DNA from: Octopus sinensis | Lineage: Eukaryota | DNA length: 64,000 nucleotides | Assembly: GCF_006345805.1 (NCBI RefSeq) | Contig: NC_043007.1 | Location: 29,946,001-30,010,000, forward strand | Direction: 5' to 3' | Shown here: one piece after another, positions 22,967-34,865 of the stretch | Numbering within the stretch: the first letter of the stretch is position 1 | How the letters are laid out: each line of letters begins with the position of its first letter | Made by a program: the position numbers and the translations under genes | Notes under the pieces: generated by a model | Databases searched by the model: none | Told to the model about the DNA's origin: nothing | Seen by the model: the letters and a program-made list of their open reading frames with translations, nothing else

Positions 22967-23246
22967 GAGTGTTTCCCAAACTTTTTCAAGCTGCCATATC
23001 CTTAACCATCAAGCCACATTCCTACTGCCTCCACCCCAACCAACCATCACAAACACAGACCCCTTTCTGAAGCAAATCCGTAGAAGCTGTATTTCACAAA
23101 TAAACCTTAACCTAAGGAACCCATTATTTCGTTGTTTTTACATGAATCGTTAAACCCATTATCGCCCCACTTTTCTTCAACGCCCCCTTGGAACTTTCCA
23201 CTGCCCCCGGGGGAGGGGCCAATATCGCCCACTTTGGGAACCACTT
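22967..23246. mobile_element. hAT-like MITE
   Basis: Terminal inverted repeats AGTGTTTCCCAAA ... TTTGGGAACCACT, with subterminal ATCGCCC(C)ACTTT repeats. Confidence 0.6.
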
Positions 23247-23699
23247 TATCCTCTCCCTCCCTCAGCATCTAGATGTCTTGAGTGGGTGTGGCAGTTCCAC
23301 ACCCATATTTATAATGTTTTTATGTCAAATTATTAAAAGGAACAATTTCACATTAAACTGAATAAATTATTCAATAACTTCTTAATAGAGCGGTGACTGT
23401 GACTTCGAAGTATCGATTTCCAATAAGTTTTCATAAGTGAGAAAATGACATTCGTATAATTAAACACATTCGTATTTAATTAGAAAATAACGATTTTTAT
23501 TTCCTTTCATAACAATCAGTTTTTGTAAGCAAACAGTTTTGTGTTAAAGAACCTCAGACGTGACATGACTGAATGGAGTAGTGTAGCTTGGACTCTTTTA
23601 CTGGAAGTCTCACAATACTGCATCCAAGTTACGAGAAGTAAATAGCGAAAATTTCGGGACGAAGCTGGCCTTTAAGCCTGTTAGAGTTATGTCCCTTAG

Positions 23700-23915
23700 A
23701 TTTGGCAGAAACGTTAGCGCACCGGGCGAGATGCTCAGCGGTATTTCGTCTGCCGTTATGTTCTGAGTTCAAATTCCGCCGAGGTCGACTTTGCTTTTCA
23801 TCCTTTCGGGGTCGATAAATTAAGTACCAGTTACGCACTGGATTCGATGTAATCGACTTAATCCGTTTGTCCCCTCTGTGTTTAACCCCTTGTGGGTAGT
23901 AAAGAAATAGGTATT
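23700..23915 (+). mobile_element. SINE family A
   Basis: TGGCAGAAACGTTAGCGCACCGGGCG...GTTCAAATTCCGCCGAGGTCGAC...GGGTAGTAAAGAAATAGG; close to the copy at 10913. Confidence 0.88.
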
Positions 23916-24784
23916 GAGGTGGAGGTGAAAAAGGGAAAGAGAAATAGCAGGGAGAGATGAGGAGGAGGTTTCTTTAAAGGTCGTGCATGGGTGTATAAGT
24001 AAAGATGTGTGTTCCCCCTCCCCTACATCTATATATCATCATCATCATCATTTTCACGTCCACTTTTCCCTGCTGGCATGAGTCAGACGGAATTTGTTGA
24101 AGCAGATTTCTCACAGCTGGATGCTCTCCTTGTCACAAACCCTCATCTGTTTCCAAGCAAAGTCGTATCCCCCCCATCCCCGGAAATTTGGAAAGGAAGG
24201 ACACCTTGTATGACAGTGGCAGTCGTTTAGAACTGACAAGGATAAAATGTGCATGTGTGTGTGTGTTTGTTGGAGCAATACATTTTTTGTGGGGGTGGTG
24301 GGGCTGGGCGATGCCACTTGCTGCCAGTCACTGTTCAACTTTGAGTCTGTCTTTGAGTGATGTCTGGCAAGTTTGTGTACCAGATTTATTTGGGGCTTTG
24401 TGTTGCAGGGTGGGAGTGGTGGTTGATAAGACTGCTGTGAGATTTGAACTTAGGCCCATGGGTTCAGAAATTTATTAATCTATACCCACATGTCACAGTC
24501 ACCGTGCTTCCCAATTATTGCTAATTAATGTTTGGTGTAATTACAATATCTGTCTGTCTGTCTTTTCTGAGACCAAATCTTGCTGAAGTGCACTTTAGGT
24601 TTCTTGTTTTTTAGAATTGGTAAATTCAGTACCAGTAATATATTGGTGTTGATTCATTCGACACCCCCTCCCCTACATTTCAACACCATTGCACCCCCCC
24701 CCCCCAACAACAATTGGTCTAAACTTTCTTCTTTGCCTCATGAAATCCATAATTGCTAATACGTTTTTGCCCTTCTCTCTGCAG

Positions 24785-25017
24785 TGGTCGTCATCTCTGA
24801 CTTGCCCAGCTGGAGCTACGTCTTCCCATCATGATGAGATGGATTCTTTTATGTTGGTCGATGAAGGTTTAACAGAGAACATAGGTATCGACCTGCTGAC
24901 ACCAGAAAACAATGAAAACATCAACAACAACAACATCAACAACATTGACGACACACCCCAGCTCCCTCCCCAGAACAATATTCGAGAAGGCCGGCCACGC
25001 CCACTTTCTCAGTTTTT
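24785..25017 (+). CDS. ARHGEF39: ARHGEF39-like RhoGEF exon 11
   Basis: Acceptor tctctgcag|TGG, donor TT|gtaagt; phase 0/2. Confidence 0.78.
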
Positions 25018-25417
25018 GTAAGTAAATCCATTTCAATCTTCATCTCATCCACATTTCTACCCTGTCTTCTGACTCTTTCAAGGATGACAAAATGCAGTAC
25101 CAACGAAATACTGGGGTTGATATAACTGACCTAACCACTACCATAAAGTCGTTTTCCTTGTTTCAAAATCTGAAACGATTCTTGGCAGCCAAGGGGCCGA
25201 ATCCTTTGATTGCCAGATAAAATGGTCGGCAGTAATTCTTGTGAATCACCACCTTTTCAGTCCAGATTCTACTGGAACCATCTTTGCCTTTTACTTGTCT
25301 AGGATTAATAAAATATAGTACCAGCTAAATCCAGGGGTCACTGACATCAAGTGAACCCCTCCCTTAAAATTGTTGGCTTTCTGCTGAAGCCTAAAACATT
25401 ATTATTATTATTATTCA

Positions 25418-26478
25418 GGTGGCAAGCTGGCAGAATCGTTACTGTGCTGTACAAAATGCTCAACAGCATTTCATCCATCCTTTCATTCTGAGTTCAAATC
25501 CCACCAAAGCAAACTTTGCTCTTCATTCTTTTGAGGGTCGATAAAATAAGCCCCAGTTAAGCACTCAGTCCACTCTATGGAGTGGTTGGTGTTAGGAAGG
25601 GCATCCAGCTGTAAAAACTGTGCCAAACCAAACAGAGAAGTCTGGTGCAAGCTTCTGCCTGGTCAGCTCCTGTCAAACCGTCCAACCCATGCTAGAATGG
25701 AAGGCGGATGTTAAATGATGGTGATGATGATGATGTGCTGGAGAAAATGTTTAGTGACATTTTTTCTGGATCTTTGTTCTAAGTTCAAATTCCACCAAAG
25801 TGACATTGATAAATAAATACCTGTTTCTTTACTACCCACAAGGGGCTAAACACAGAGAGGGCAAACAAGGACAGACAAATGGATTCAGTCGATTATATCG
25901 ACCCCAGTGCATAACTGGTACTTATTTAATCGACCCTGAAAGAATGAAAGGCAAAGTCAACCTTGGCGGAAATCAGAACATAGCAGCAGACGAAATACCG
26001 CTAACGTTTCTGCCAGCTTCCGCCTTTTATAAATAAATGGCATTGATAAATAAATACCAGTTAGATACTGGGATTGATGTAACTGACAAACCCCTTCTCA
26101 CTAAATTTCAGGCCTTCTGCCCCACCGTCGTCCTTCATCTCTGTCCTCCTAGGCTGGCCAAGTATCTCCTCTGTCCGTCTTGCCTGGAGCCACTGCTCTC
26201 CCTTCCACTCTCCTTCTCGACTCAGAAGTCTTTGTTTTGCTTGTTGCTTAGCAACCCTGCTGGTGCTGGTTCCACATAAAAAGGCCCTCTGTCAGTGCCA
26301 CATGAGAAAAGCTCCCAGTCCATACTCTGTAAAGTGGACAGCATTAGGAAGGACATCCAGCCAGAGAAACCATGCCACAACAGACAGTTGGAACCTGGTG
26401 TAGCTCTCCAACCATGCCAGCTACTTTGAAACTGTCAAACCCATGCCAGCATGGAAAATGGGCGTTAAATGATGATGA
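25418..26478. mobile_element. Cluster of SINE family A copies (25418-25560 +, 25822-26025 -) and RTE-tail repeats (25570-25735, 26260-26478 +)
   Basis: Family motifs recognisable as above. Confidence 0.7.
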
Positions 26479-26682
26479 AAGGGTTGGCATTCCATCAAAA
26501 GGGCCATATTGTTACCGCAGTCCCTTATACACCAAGAAACCAGGTGAAGCATTGGCCTTTTGAGCCATAGGGGACGTGACAGACCCAACACCTAATATGA
26601 TATTGATAATTTTATATATAATTCATCCGTCACTTTGTAATTAACCCCTGACACTTTCTCTTTCTCTCTCTCTCTCTCCTAG

Positions 26683-26794
26683 CAATGCAAGCCATGAGGA
26701 CCCACCACCCACAAGGTATAAATCCCTCAACAGTGTCTTCTCTTCCACCAGACGACGTTTCCAAGATCGAGATCAGCGCTGTTCCTTGCAGTAA
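26683..26794 (+). CDS. ARHGEF39: ARHGEF39-like RhoGEF exon 12, terminal (...RRRFQDRDQRCSLQ*)
   Basis: Long CT tract plus cctag|C; phase 2 matches exon 11; TAA at 26792-26794. Total CDS 1743 nt (580 aa). AATAAA at 26860. Confidence 0.78.
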
Positions 26795-28419
26795 ATTATT
26801 GAAATTGTTTATTTTTACAATTTTCCATCGAATTATTCCTCTTCTTTGCTTTTATCCACAATAAAAGCCAACCCACCCCACCTCCAGTCTTCCAATCGCC
26901 ACCTCCACCTTTTCCTGTTCTCTCTCTCCCCCCCAACTATTCCACCCTCCTCACTCTTTTCCTTCTCTCTCTCTTTCTCTCTCTGACCATTCCAGCCCAT
27001 AACTGAAGCTCCCTTCTCAATCCTCTCCAATTTCTCTTCAGGTTCTGATTTTATCCCAGAAGCCAAAGCACCAAACCCAGCTTTTAGTTTTGTTCCTTGT
27101 TTAACCGTTTTCAAATCTAATCCCGAGTTAATTCCATTTTTACCTTTCATTGCCATGAATTGACCCTTTAGCTTTTTTAAACTGGTCATATCCAACCCAA
27201 ACATTCTGTTGCATGTTCAGACTGACTAGATCCAACCTCTCACACCTAACCTACAATGTTATTCTGAAAATGAACAACCACACCATCAAAATCTTAAAGC
27301 CACAAGATAATCCAGGATTACATTGAAAACCCTGTAAATCTGTGTCCTTATCTCTATAGAAGTAATTGTTTGTCCAAATAAACAAGTTCTGTAGAGGTGG
27401 TCAGGACTGGATATAATACCTTGTGGCATTCAGATTTGTTCTATTTATCTCCTGAGTTCAATTCCTGTTGCAGTTGTCTAGGTCCTCCTTTTTATAGGGG
27501 TTAGTCTCCTCCCTGGTCTAAAGAAAATTTCAACAGCCTCTGCAATTGATCTCACTTCAGGAAGCTCCCCACCAAACTCCACCTCACTGGGCCACACCAA
27601 CCAATGAAGGGGACTGTTTATGGTGCCTCAGTCTGTTAGAAATAGCAACCAAATTTCCTTCAAACCACACTCTACCATCTTTGGATAATGTGCTCCTGGT
27701 GTTCCCTGTTTGTTGGAACAAGGCAGGACGGTCACAATTGGAGTGGCTTTGATCATAGATTTTGCCAGTCAAGTCTTATATGAGGCAGAACAACAACACT
27801 GAACATCATTCCAGGGTTCCGCTATAACACATTCCATCACACTCCACCACTCCTCACTTTGCATTGAAGCCACACTCCACCACATTATGATCTCCCTCTG
27901 CTTAACTTACACCAATCCATTAACAAAGCCTGTATGAAATAAGTCCTCTACTGTATGGTGTGTTGCCTGTTTGTTAACACTCAGTTATTGTCAAACAACT
28001 AACGATGACTGTCTTTATAACATTCCTATAAGATGTGATTGAAAAAAACTTACTGGGTTGATTATATGAAAGTTACCCTTCACTTGGTGAAGGACCCCCT
28101 TTGTTTGCCAACAGAGTAAACGGCTCACAAATTCCTCTTCTCCATACTATACTCTTTCCATACCCTTGTTACTCCTACTTCCACTGTTGATGATGTTGCC
28201 TAGGTAACAAAAACTATCAACTGTCTTCTGAGCAGTTGAAATGATTCTTGTCCCGGCTGTTCTTCCTGACAATTCAACCTCCTTCTTGCACTCCACTTCC
28301 TTCTCCTCCCCTTAATCCTCCTCCTCTTCCTCCCCTCTCCTCATACTAAATCCTTTTCCACTGACCCCCCCTCTGTTTCTATTGCATCTCTCTTGTCCAC
28401 CCACACTTTACATTGACTT

Positions 28420-28960
28420 TTGGCTAAAGAGTTCTAACTGATGCTGATTCTTTTTTTACCAAGCATGGCAGCAGACAGAAATCTTTTGTCTCTGCTTGGT
28501 TGACCTTTAGGCTTCCTGAGTCTGGACCCTGATTCCATGTTAAGAACTTTTCCTCTAATTCTTTGGGTGATCTGGAAGTACACCCTTAACGTAACGAAGT
28601 CCCCACCACTGACGGTCAATCTTGAAGTCATGGAATTAATTATGGTAAATAGCAAAGAGCAGAGAAGCAAACCTTGATGGACTTTAAATTTCTCTGTGAA
28701 CCTGTAACTAACTCTACTCTTCTTCAAGCTTGCACAGGATTACAGGGTGTGGCACCCTGTCAAAGACTTTCTCTGGGTCAACAAATGTTAGGATTAATGA
28801 CTTGTTCTTGGCTAATAACTTTTGTATCTGTCTCACTAAGAAGAAGTCATCACTAGTTCTTCGTCTTGACCCAAACCACTGCATCTCACCAAAGCCAATA
28901 CACTGGTGGAATTTGGAGTCGGGGAAGAAATCGGAGTACTCAACATGGACAGTCCACTAA
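28420..28960 (-). mobile_element. Old degraded RTE reverse transcriptase fragment
   Basis: KFKVHQGLLLCSLLFTII parallels VGVHQGSVLSPLLFIIVL of the young copy at 35-36 kb. Confidence 0.6.
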
Positions 28961-29074
28961 TAAAATTTAGTGGAAGATAAATCCTAATTCAGAGTTTGTT
29001 GTGACCAGGTTTGCTGGCCTATTTATCGGTTATGTTCAATATATCAGGCATGTCGTGTTGTTTGTTATTCACTG

Positions 29075-29232
29075 TCATCATCATCATCATCGTTTAACAT
29101 CCGTTTTCCATGCTAGCATGGGTTGGATGGTTCGACCGGGGTCTGGGAAGCCAGGAGGCTGCACCAGGCTCCAGTCTGATCTGGCAGTGTTTCTACTGCT
29201 GGATGCCCTTCCTAACGCCAACCACTCCGTGA
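29075..29232 (-). mobile_element. RTE-tail repeat
   Basis: (CAT)nCGTTTAACATCCGTTTTCCATGCTAGCATGGG...GCCAACCACTCC. Confidence 0.8.
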
Positions 29233-30215
29233 GTGTGGAAATGTATTATAGCATGTATCAATATTTATGGAAATACTCTGCATGTAGCATATCAATTGTG
29301 TGGAATTTTACTTTTATGACAAGCACCAACTCATCAGTGGAAATACTCTGTGGTAAACAGAGTAACTTCAGAACTGTGAGTTTGTGTGGAAAATTACTAT
29401 TATAACATATCAGGTGTATGTGGAAATTTATTATTATAACATATATCAGTTTATCAATGGAAAACTATGGTGGATATATCACCTGTGTTTGTGTGGAAAC
29501 TAATTTACTGTGGTGTTGTGAGTGGAATTACTGTGTGTGGCAAACCAAATGCAAGCATATCAAGTGATTGTGTGGATATTTAGTTCCAATAGTCTTTGTG
29601 TGGAATATTATGTTAAAACATAACCATGTGGTTGGGGTTGTGGTGGATCGTTCTGTATTGAAGCATTGGACGGATGTGTAAAGTTATACTGGTTCCACAC
29701 AGATATCATCTGTGGAAATGGTAGGTGTGTGTGTGTGGAAATAATGCTGTCACACAATAAAATTAACATATCACTGTAGTGGTAGAAAATTATAATTATG
29801 TGATGTAGAAATTAGAATTTTTTTAGTGTGGTAAGAAGCTTGCTTCCCAACTACATGGTTCTGGGTTCAGCCCTACCATGTGGCACCTTAGGTAGGTGTT
29901 TTTTACTATAACCTCAGGTCGACCAAAGCCTTGTGAGTGGATTTGGAAGACAGAAACTGAAAGAAGCTCATTGTGTTGGTTTGTCCCCCATCACCACGTG
30001 ACAACTGGTGTTGGTGAGTTTATGTCCCTGTAACTTAGCAGTTTGGCAAAAGAGACTGATAAAATAAATACCAAACTTAAAAAAGAAAAACAAATCCTGG
30101 AGTCGATACATTTAACTAAAAATTCTTCAAGATGGTGCCCCAGCATGGCCACGGTCCAATGGCTGAGTGACTGAAGCAAAAGATAAAAGATACCACTAAC
30201 TGCGGAAATGTGCTT

Positions 30216-30254
<39 letters not shown>

Positions 30255-30520
30255 GCGAGAGCGGCTATTGCTGACACAATAATGCAAATATACCACTGAT
30301 TGTGGACATTACTGGTGGTATGTGTGGAAACGCTGTATAGACACACCACTACTGTGTGGAAAGAATATGATGACATATCAAGTATGTGAGAGTGTGTGTG
30401 GAAATGTTGCTCTTAATAACATGTTACTGGCTGTGGAAATTTCCTGTGTGTGTGTGGAAATGTTGCTCACCCCCTCTAATACACTAATTGTGTGGAAGTT
30501 GTAGGATGTGGTAAAGTTAT
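29233..30520 (+). repeat. Degenerate minisatellite with conserved TGTGGAAA(T) core, split by a SINE
   Basis: More than 20 TGTGGAAA/GTGGAA/TGTGGA variants on one strand at roughly 30-45 bp spacing. Confidence 0.6.
29826..30192 (+). mobile_element. SINE family B
   Basis: GTGTGGTAAGAAGCTTGC...GGGTTCAG head; tail GGTGCCCCAGCATGGCCAC...GACTGAAGCAAAAGATAAAAGA. Confidence 0.8.
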
Positions 30521-32587
30521 TGCTCAAATTTTGTTTAATTTTCCCCTTGGAACTGTTTCAGTGAAAGTCATTAAAGAAATGCATGAACACCACAGAATCC
30601 CATTTATATCTCAGTACAACCACAATAACAATATTGTGTGTGGTTATTTTTTTATTATCTCTTATGAAATTTTATTTTGTGTTTTTTCAAATTCCTGATT
30701 GAGGTGGAGGTGTGGGGTACAGACCTCATCTGAATTCCACACGGTTGTTTATCATCACACTACTATGTTTGTCTGTACGTGTGAGGTCTGTCTCTGTGTC
30801 TATTCATTCCTCTAACTAGTCCTCCATCTGACCATTCATCCATTTGTCTATTCTTTTCTCTATACATCTATCCTTTTTACCTATTCTTCCTTCTGTCTAT
30901 TCATCCATCCATCTGATGTCTGTTTCTAAGAGATGGCTTGGCTTGTGCCACATCTCTTCAGTTATTCCTCTTCTCATCATTGTGTCATGTCTGCATACTC
31001 TACGCTCCATGCTAACCACTATTCCTAGTGTTTCCTTCCCAAAATGTCTGCCTTTTGAGACATGCTCCTTGCTCATATCTTTCCCACAGATGTTGACTTA
31101 TAAACATTCCTTAATGGCATCAGTCTCACTGGACAAGGAGGCCTGTGAAAATCACGGCCACTACCCCACCAAGTTACAAAAAAGTTTTAATGCGTCTCAT
31201 TAATTGCTTATTTGTATAATTACCTGTTAATTTCACTGTCTCATTGCCTCTCTGTCCATCCTTCTGTCTGTCTCTCTCTTCCATGTACATTCCTGAATCC
31301 TAACCCTATTTACGTGTCTGTCTGTTCATCCACTCATCTCCACCCTTCTCTCTCTCCTTCTCCATCTCCACACAACCACACACTAACACATGTAGATGTG
31401 GGTATTTTTTTAAAAACATTTTTGTTTATTTTTTGTGATATTTTATGGAATTTATCAACAATTGTGTTTCCTATTTCTTTAATAAATCAAAATTTGAAAT
31501 TTAGAAATGTTTCTTTGTTTATTAATTAATTAATTTATAATTTCTCTCTGTCAGCTTTAAATATGAATTGGTGCGGGAGTGAACAGGTCAAATCACTTCG
31601 TTATCATCATCGCCGCCATCATCATCACCCACCACCACCACCACCATCAGTACTCTGCTGTCATCACCATCACCATCACCATCATCACTTCCACCAAACT
31701 TCGTCTTGCTGTTGAACTATTAAAAGAAGTTTCTTAAGTGATCACTTGACTTGCTAGAAACAGTAGCCAACTTCACAAATGGCTCACCCCCACCATTGTC
31801 TTATAAGAAAAGGAAGATGATGACATTGCAAAGCGGGTGTGGTTGTGTGGTGAAGAACTTTGCTTCCCAAACAAATGAGATTTGGTTTAGTCGCACCGTG
31901 TAACACGCTGGCCAAGTGTGTTCTATTATCGCAAGAAGTCAACCAAAGCCTTGAGAGTGGACAGTTTTCTTGTGTTGGCCTCTGCAGCAGATGAAAATGG
32001 ATGATTAGACAGGAATGGATGTGGGAAGCTGATGTCAGCTGAAGAAATTCTACATGGGATGTAAAAGGATTTTAATGTGAGAAGATGGAATGAACAGGCT
32101 TCATTTCAAATCCCTACAATCGTTTCTGTGCACCAATATCAGTTGATCATTGCTGAGTGTTTCACATATTAAACACATTATTGCATGTAATATGATCCAG
32201 CAATAGCTGTGTTCCTTCTCATCTTCAGGATCCAAGACCTGCAAGATCATCTTTAGTTTCCTTTCGTTTTATACCCACATCAGTGTGCTATTTTTAGCAT
32301 CCCATTGACAAAGAGCAACACAGGAATACAAAGAGATACAAATGAGGAAAAATACCAGGTAATATATAGATATAGGAAGTCGGATGTTAAATGATAATAA
32401 TGATGAAGATCGCTTTATCTTGTCAGATGATAGCCATCTCACATTGAGCCTGATCTGATTTATTTTCATCATTTTGTGTGTGTGGATATGACTTTCAATG
32501 CCGTGCATCCATCGCCACAGGACTTCATGAAACATGAAATGGATCAAGAACTGAAATGACTGTGAGGCATCTGGACGTCATTGTGTT

Positions 32588-32770
32588 TTAGGTGACAAAA
32601 TGCCTGTCCAGCACTTTTGCCACTCTCTCGGTCAGCTTAGTAGGCTCCAGTGACAAGCAGTATAAGATGTCTGATACTATTTTGACTGCAAGTCCTATGT
32701 CAGAGTATCTTTCTTCCAGAAGAGCTGCCTTCCTCATGGCTTTGTCAAAAATAATGAGAGCCTTCTCTAC
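32588..32770 (-). CDS. Putative terminal coding exon of an unidentified gene (VEKALIIFDKAMRKAALLEERYSDIGLAVKIVSDILYCLSLEPTKLTERVAKVLDRHFVT*)
   Basis: 60 codons of amphipathic-helix-like composition between an in-frame ttag| acceptor and TAA. Polypyrimidine tract is weak; upstream exons not found. Confidence 0.5.
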   Translation of the reverse strand, partial: VEKALIIFDKAMRKAALLEERYSDIGLAVKIVSDILYCLSLEPTKLTERVAKVLDRHFVT

Positions 32771-33390
32771 CTAACCTTTGATATATATGTATATATCTTC
32801 CACTCAAGAGGGGAAGATAATAATTTTGAAATATGCATTATTCCTTTTATATTGCAGTTAATTCTGATTATCACAATTTTTTTCAAAGTACATTATTACA
32901 TATTCCAATATATATATATTATCCAAAATACAATACTGTAATCAGATCATTTCAAGATTGCATATTCTATAGTAAAATTTCTGATTCAAACATTTTAAAT
33001 AATTTTATTACACAAATTCACTATTAAATATTCTGAAGTACATTATTACAAACCAGTTTCACTTCTTAAAGGGGATATTCATTGCAATAAACGTGTAATG
33101 GCTAGCTACAAGCCTTCATTTATATAGACTCACTAGGTAACAAGAGCAGTTATATTATATACTTTAGTAAAAAACCCATCTTTTTCAATAAAGTACAAAA
33201 ATTTACATCCCTTCTTAATTTGGGAAGTGGGTTTGTGCTAAATATCATGGTGTTCCCTCAAAGTATAAAAGGATAGGTATAAGTGAGAAGAGGGACAGGA
33301 CTGCACAAGGTAGGTGGGTAAGTTTATGATAGTTATAATATACATACATATAGTGTGTGTGTAAGTGTATATATATATATATGTATATAT

Positions 33391-33590
33391 ATAAAGGGGG
33401 TGCTGAAAACTTCCTGGCTTTAAAAGTATCGTGAAAGCCTGGTTGGAGGCCTAACTCGGCTTCCATAAAGTCTGTGCAAGATAGTTGCCAAGAGAGCTTA
33501 CTGCAGAGCACAAAAGCAAACGTCTTGAGGTTTGCCAATGTTTACTTAATCGCTACAACAACGAGGGCGAGCAATTTTTGAGCAGAATAG
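33391..33590 (+). mobile_element. Probable mariner-like terminal fragment or MITE
   Basis: TA followed by AAGGGGGTGCTGAAAACTTCCTGGCTT, resembling mariner TIR starts. Confidence 0.35.
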
Positions 33591-33968
33591 TGAGGACATC
33601 GTAAAATATATTAAGACTATGTAAAATGTGTGCAGTTCCTTCTTTAATTTCTTACACACACACACACACATATATGTATATATATAAATATATATATATA
33701 TGTATATAAGAGTGATGGAAAAATAATGTGGAATAATGTATCAATCTTATCAGGGAGGAGATTATAAACAACATTGCTCATTAATAAACCATTTTTACAG
33801 ATGTCATCATCATCATCATCGTTTAGCGTCCGTTTTCCATGCTAGCATGGGTTGGACGGGTCAACTGGGGTCTGTGAAGCTGGAAGGCTTCGTCAGGCCC
33901 AGTCAGATCTGGCAGTGTTTCTACGGCTGGATGCCCTTCCTAACGCCAACCACTCCGCGAGTGTAGTG

Positions 33969-34820
33969 GGTGTTTTTTACGTGCCACCTGCACAGGTGCC
34001 AGACAGAGCTGGCGAACGGCCACGAACGGATGGTGCTTTTACGTGTCACCGGCACGGGGCCAGGCGATGCTGGCAACGGACACGAACGGATGGTGCTTTT
34101 ACGTGCCACCGACACGGGGCCAGACAGAGCTGGCAACCGGCCACGAACGGACGGTGCTTTTACGTGTCACCGGCACCAGACAGAGCTGGCAAACGGCCAC
34201 GAGCGGACGGTGCTTTTACGTGTCACCGGCACGGGGGCCAGCTGAGGCTGGCAACGGACACGGACAGATGGTGCTTTTACGTGCCACCGACACGGGGCCA
34301 GACAGAGCTGGCAAACGGCCACGAACGGATGGTGCTTTTACGTTTCACCGGCACGGGGGCCAGCCGAGGCTGGCAACGGACGCGAACAGATGGTGCTTTT
34401 ACGTGCCACCGACACGGTTGCCAGACAGAGCTGGCAAACGGCCACGAGCGGACGGTGCTTTTACGTGTCACCGGCACGGGGGCCAGCCGAGGCTGGCAAC
34501 GGACACGGACGGATGGTGCTTTTACGTGCCACCGACACGGGGCCAGACAGAGCTGGCAAACGGCCACGAACGGATGGTGCTTTTACGTGCCACCGACACG
34601 GGGCCAGACAGAGCTGGCCAACGGCCACGAACGGACGGTGCTTTTACGTGTCACCGGCACGGGGCCAGGCGAGGCTGGCAACGAACACGAACGGATGGTG
34701 CTTTTACGTGCCACCGACACGGGGCCAGGCAGAGCTGGCAAACGGCCATGAGCGAATGGTGCTTTTACGTATCACCGGCACGGGTGCCAGACGAGGCTGA
34801 CAGCGGACACGAACAGATGG
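33969..34820 (-). repeat. 14-unit ~60-bp tandem array (mostly alternating A/B units) in the RTE 3' UTR
   Basis: The + strand GGTGCTTTTACGTG(C/T)CACCG(A/G)CACG motif recurs 14 times, each followed by GCCAG-N6-CTGGC. Confidence 0.95.
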
Positions 34821-34865
34821 GTCACTTAACCCCTGCTTTCTGATATATGATTTGATTTTGATTGT

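Noticed and set aside
33969-34820. CRISPR-like appearance of the regular repeat
   Set aside because: Units are near-identical throughout, with no unique spacers and no cas genes, in a eukaryotic LINE context.
33852-34843. Long overlapping ORFs (299, 266, 136 aa) on the + strand
   Set aside because: By-products of the GC-rich tandem array, antisense to the LINE, with no domain signal.
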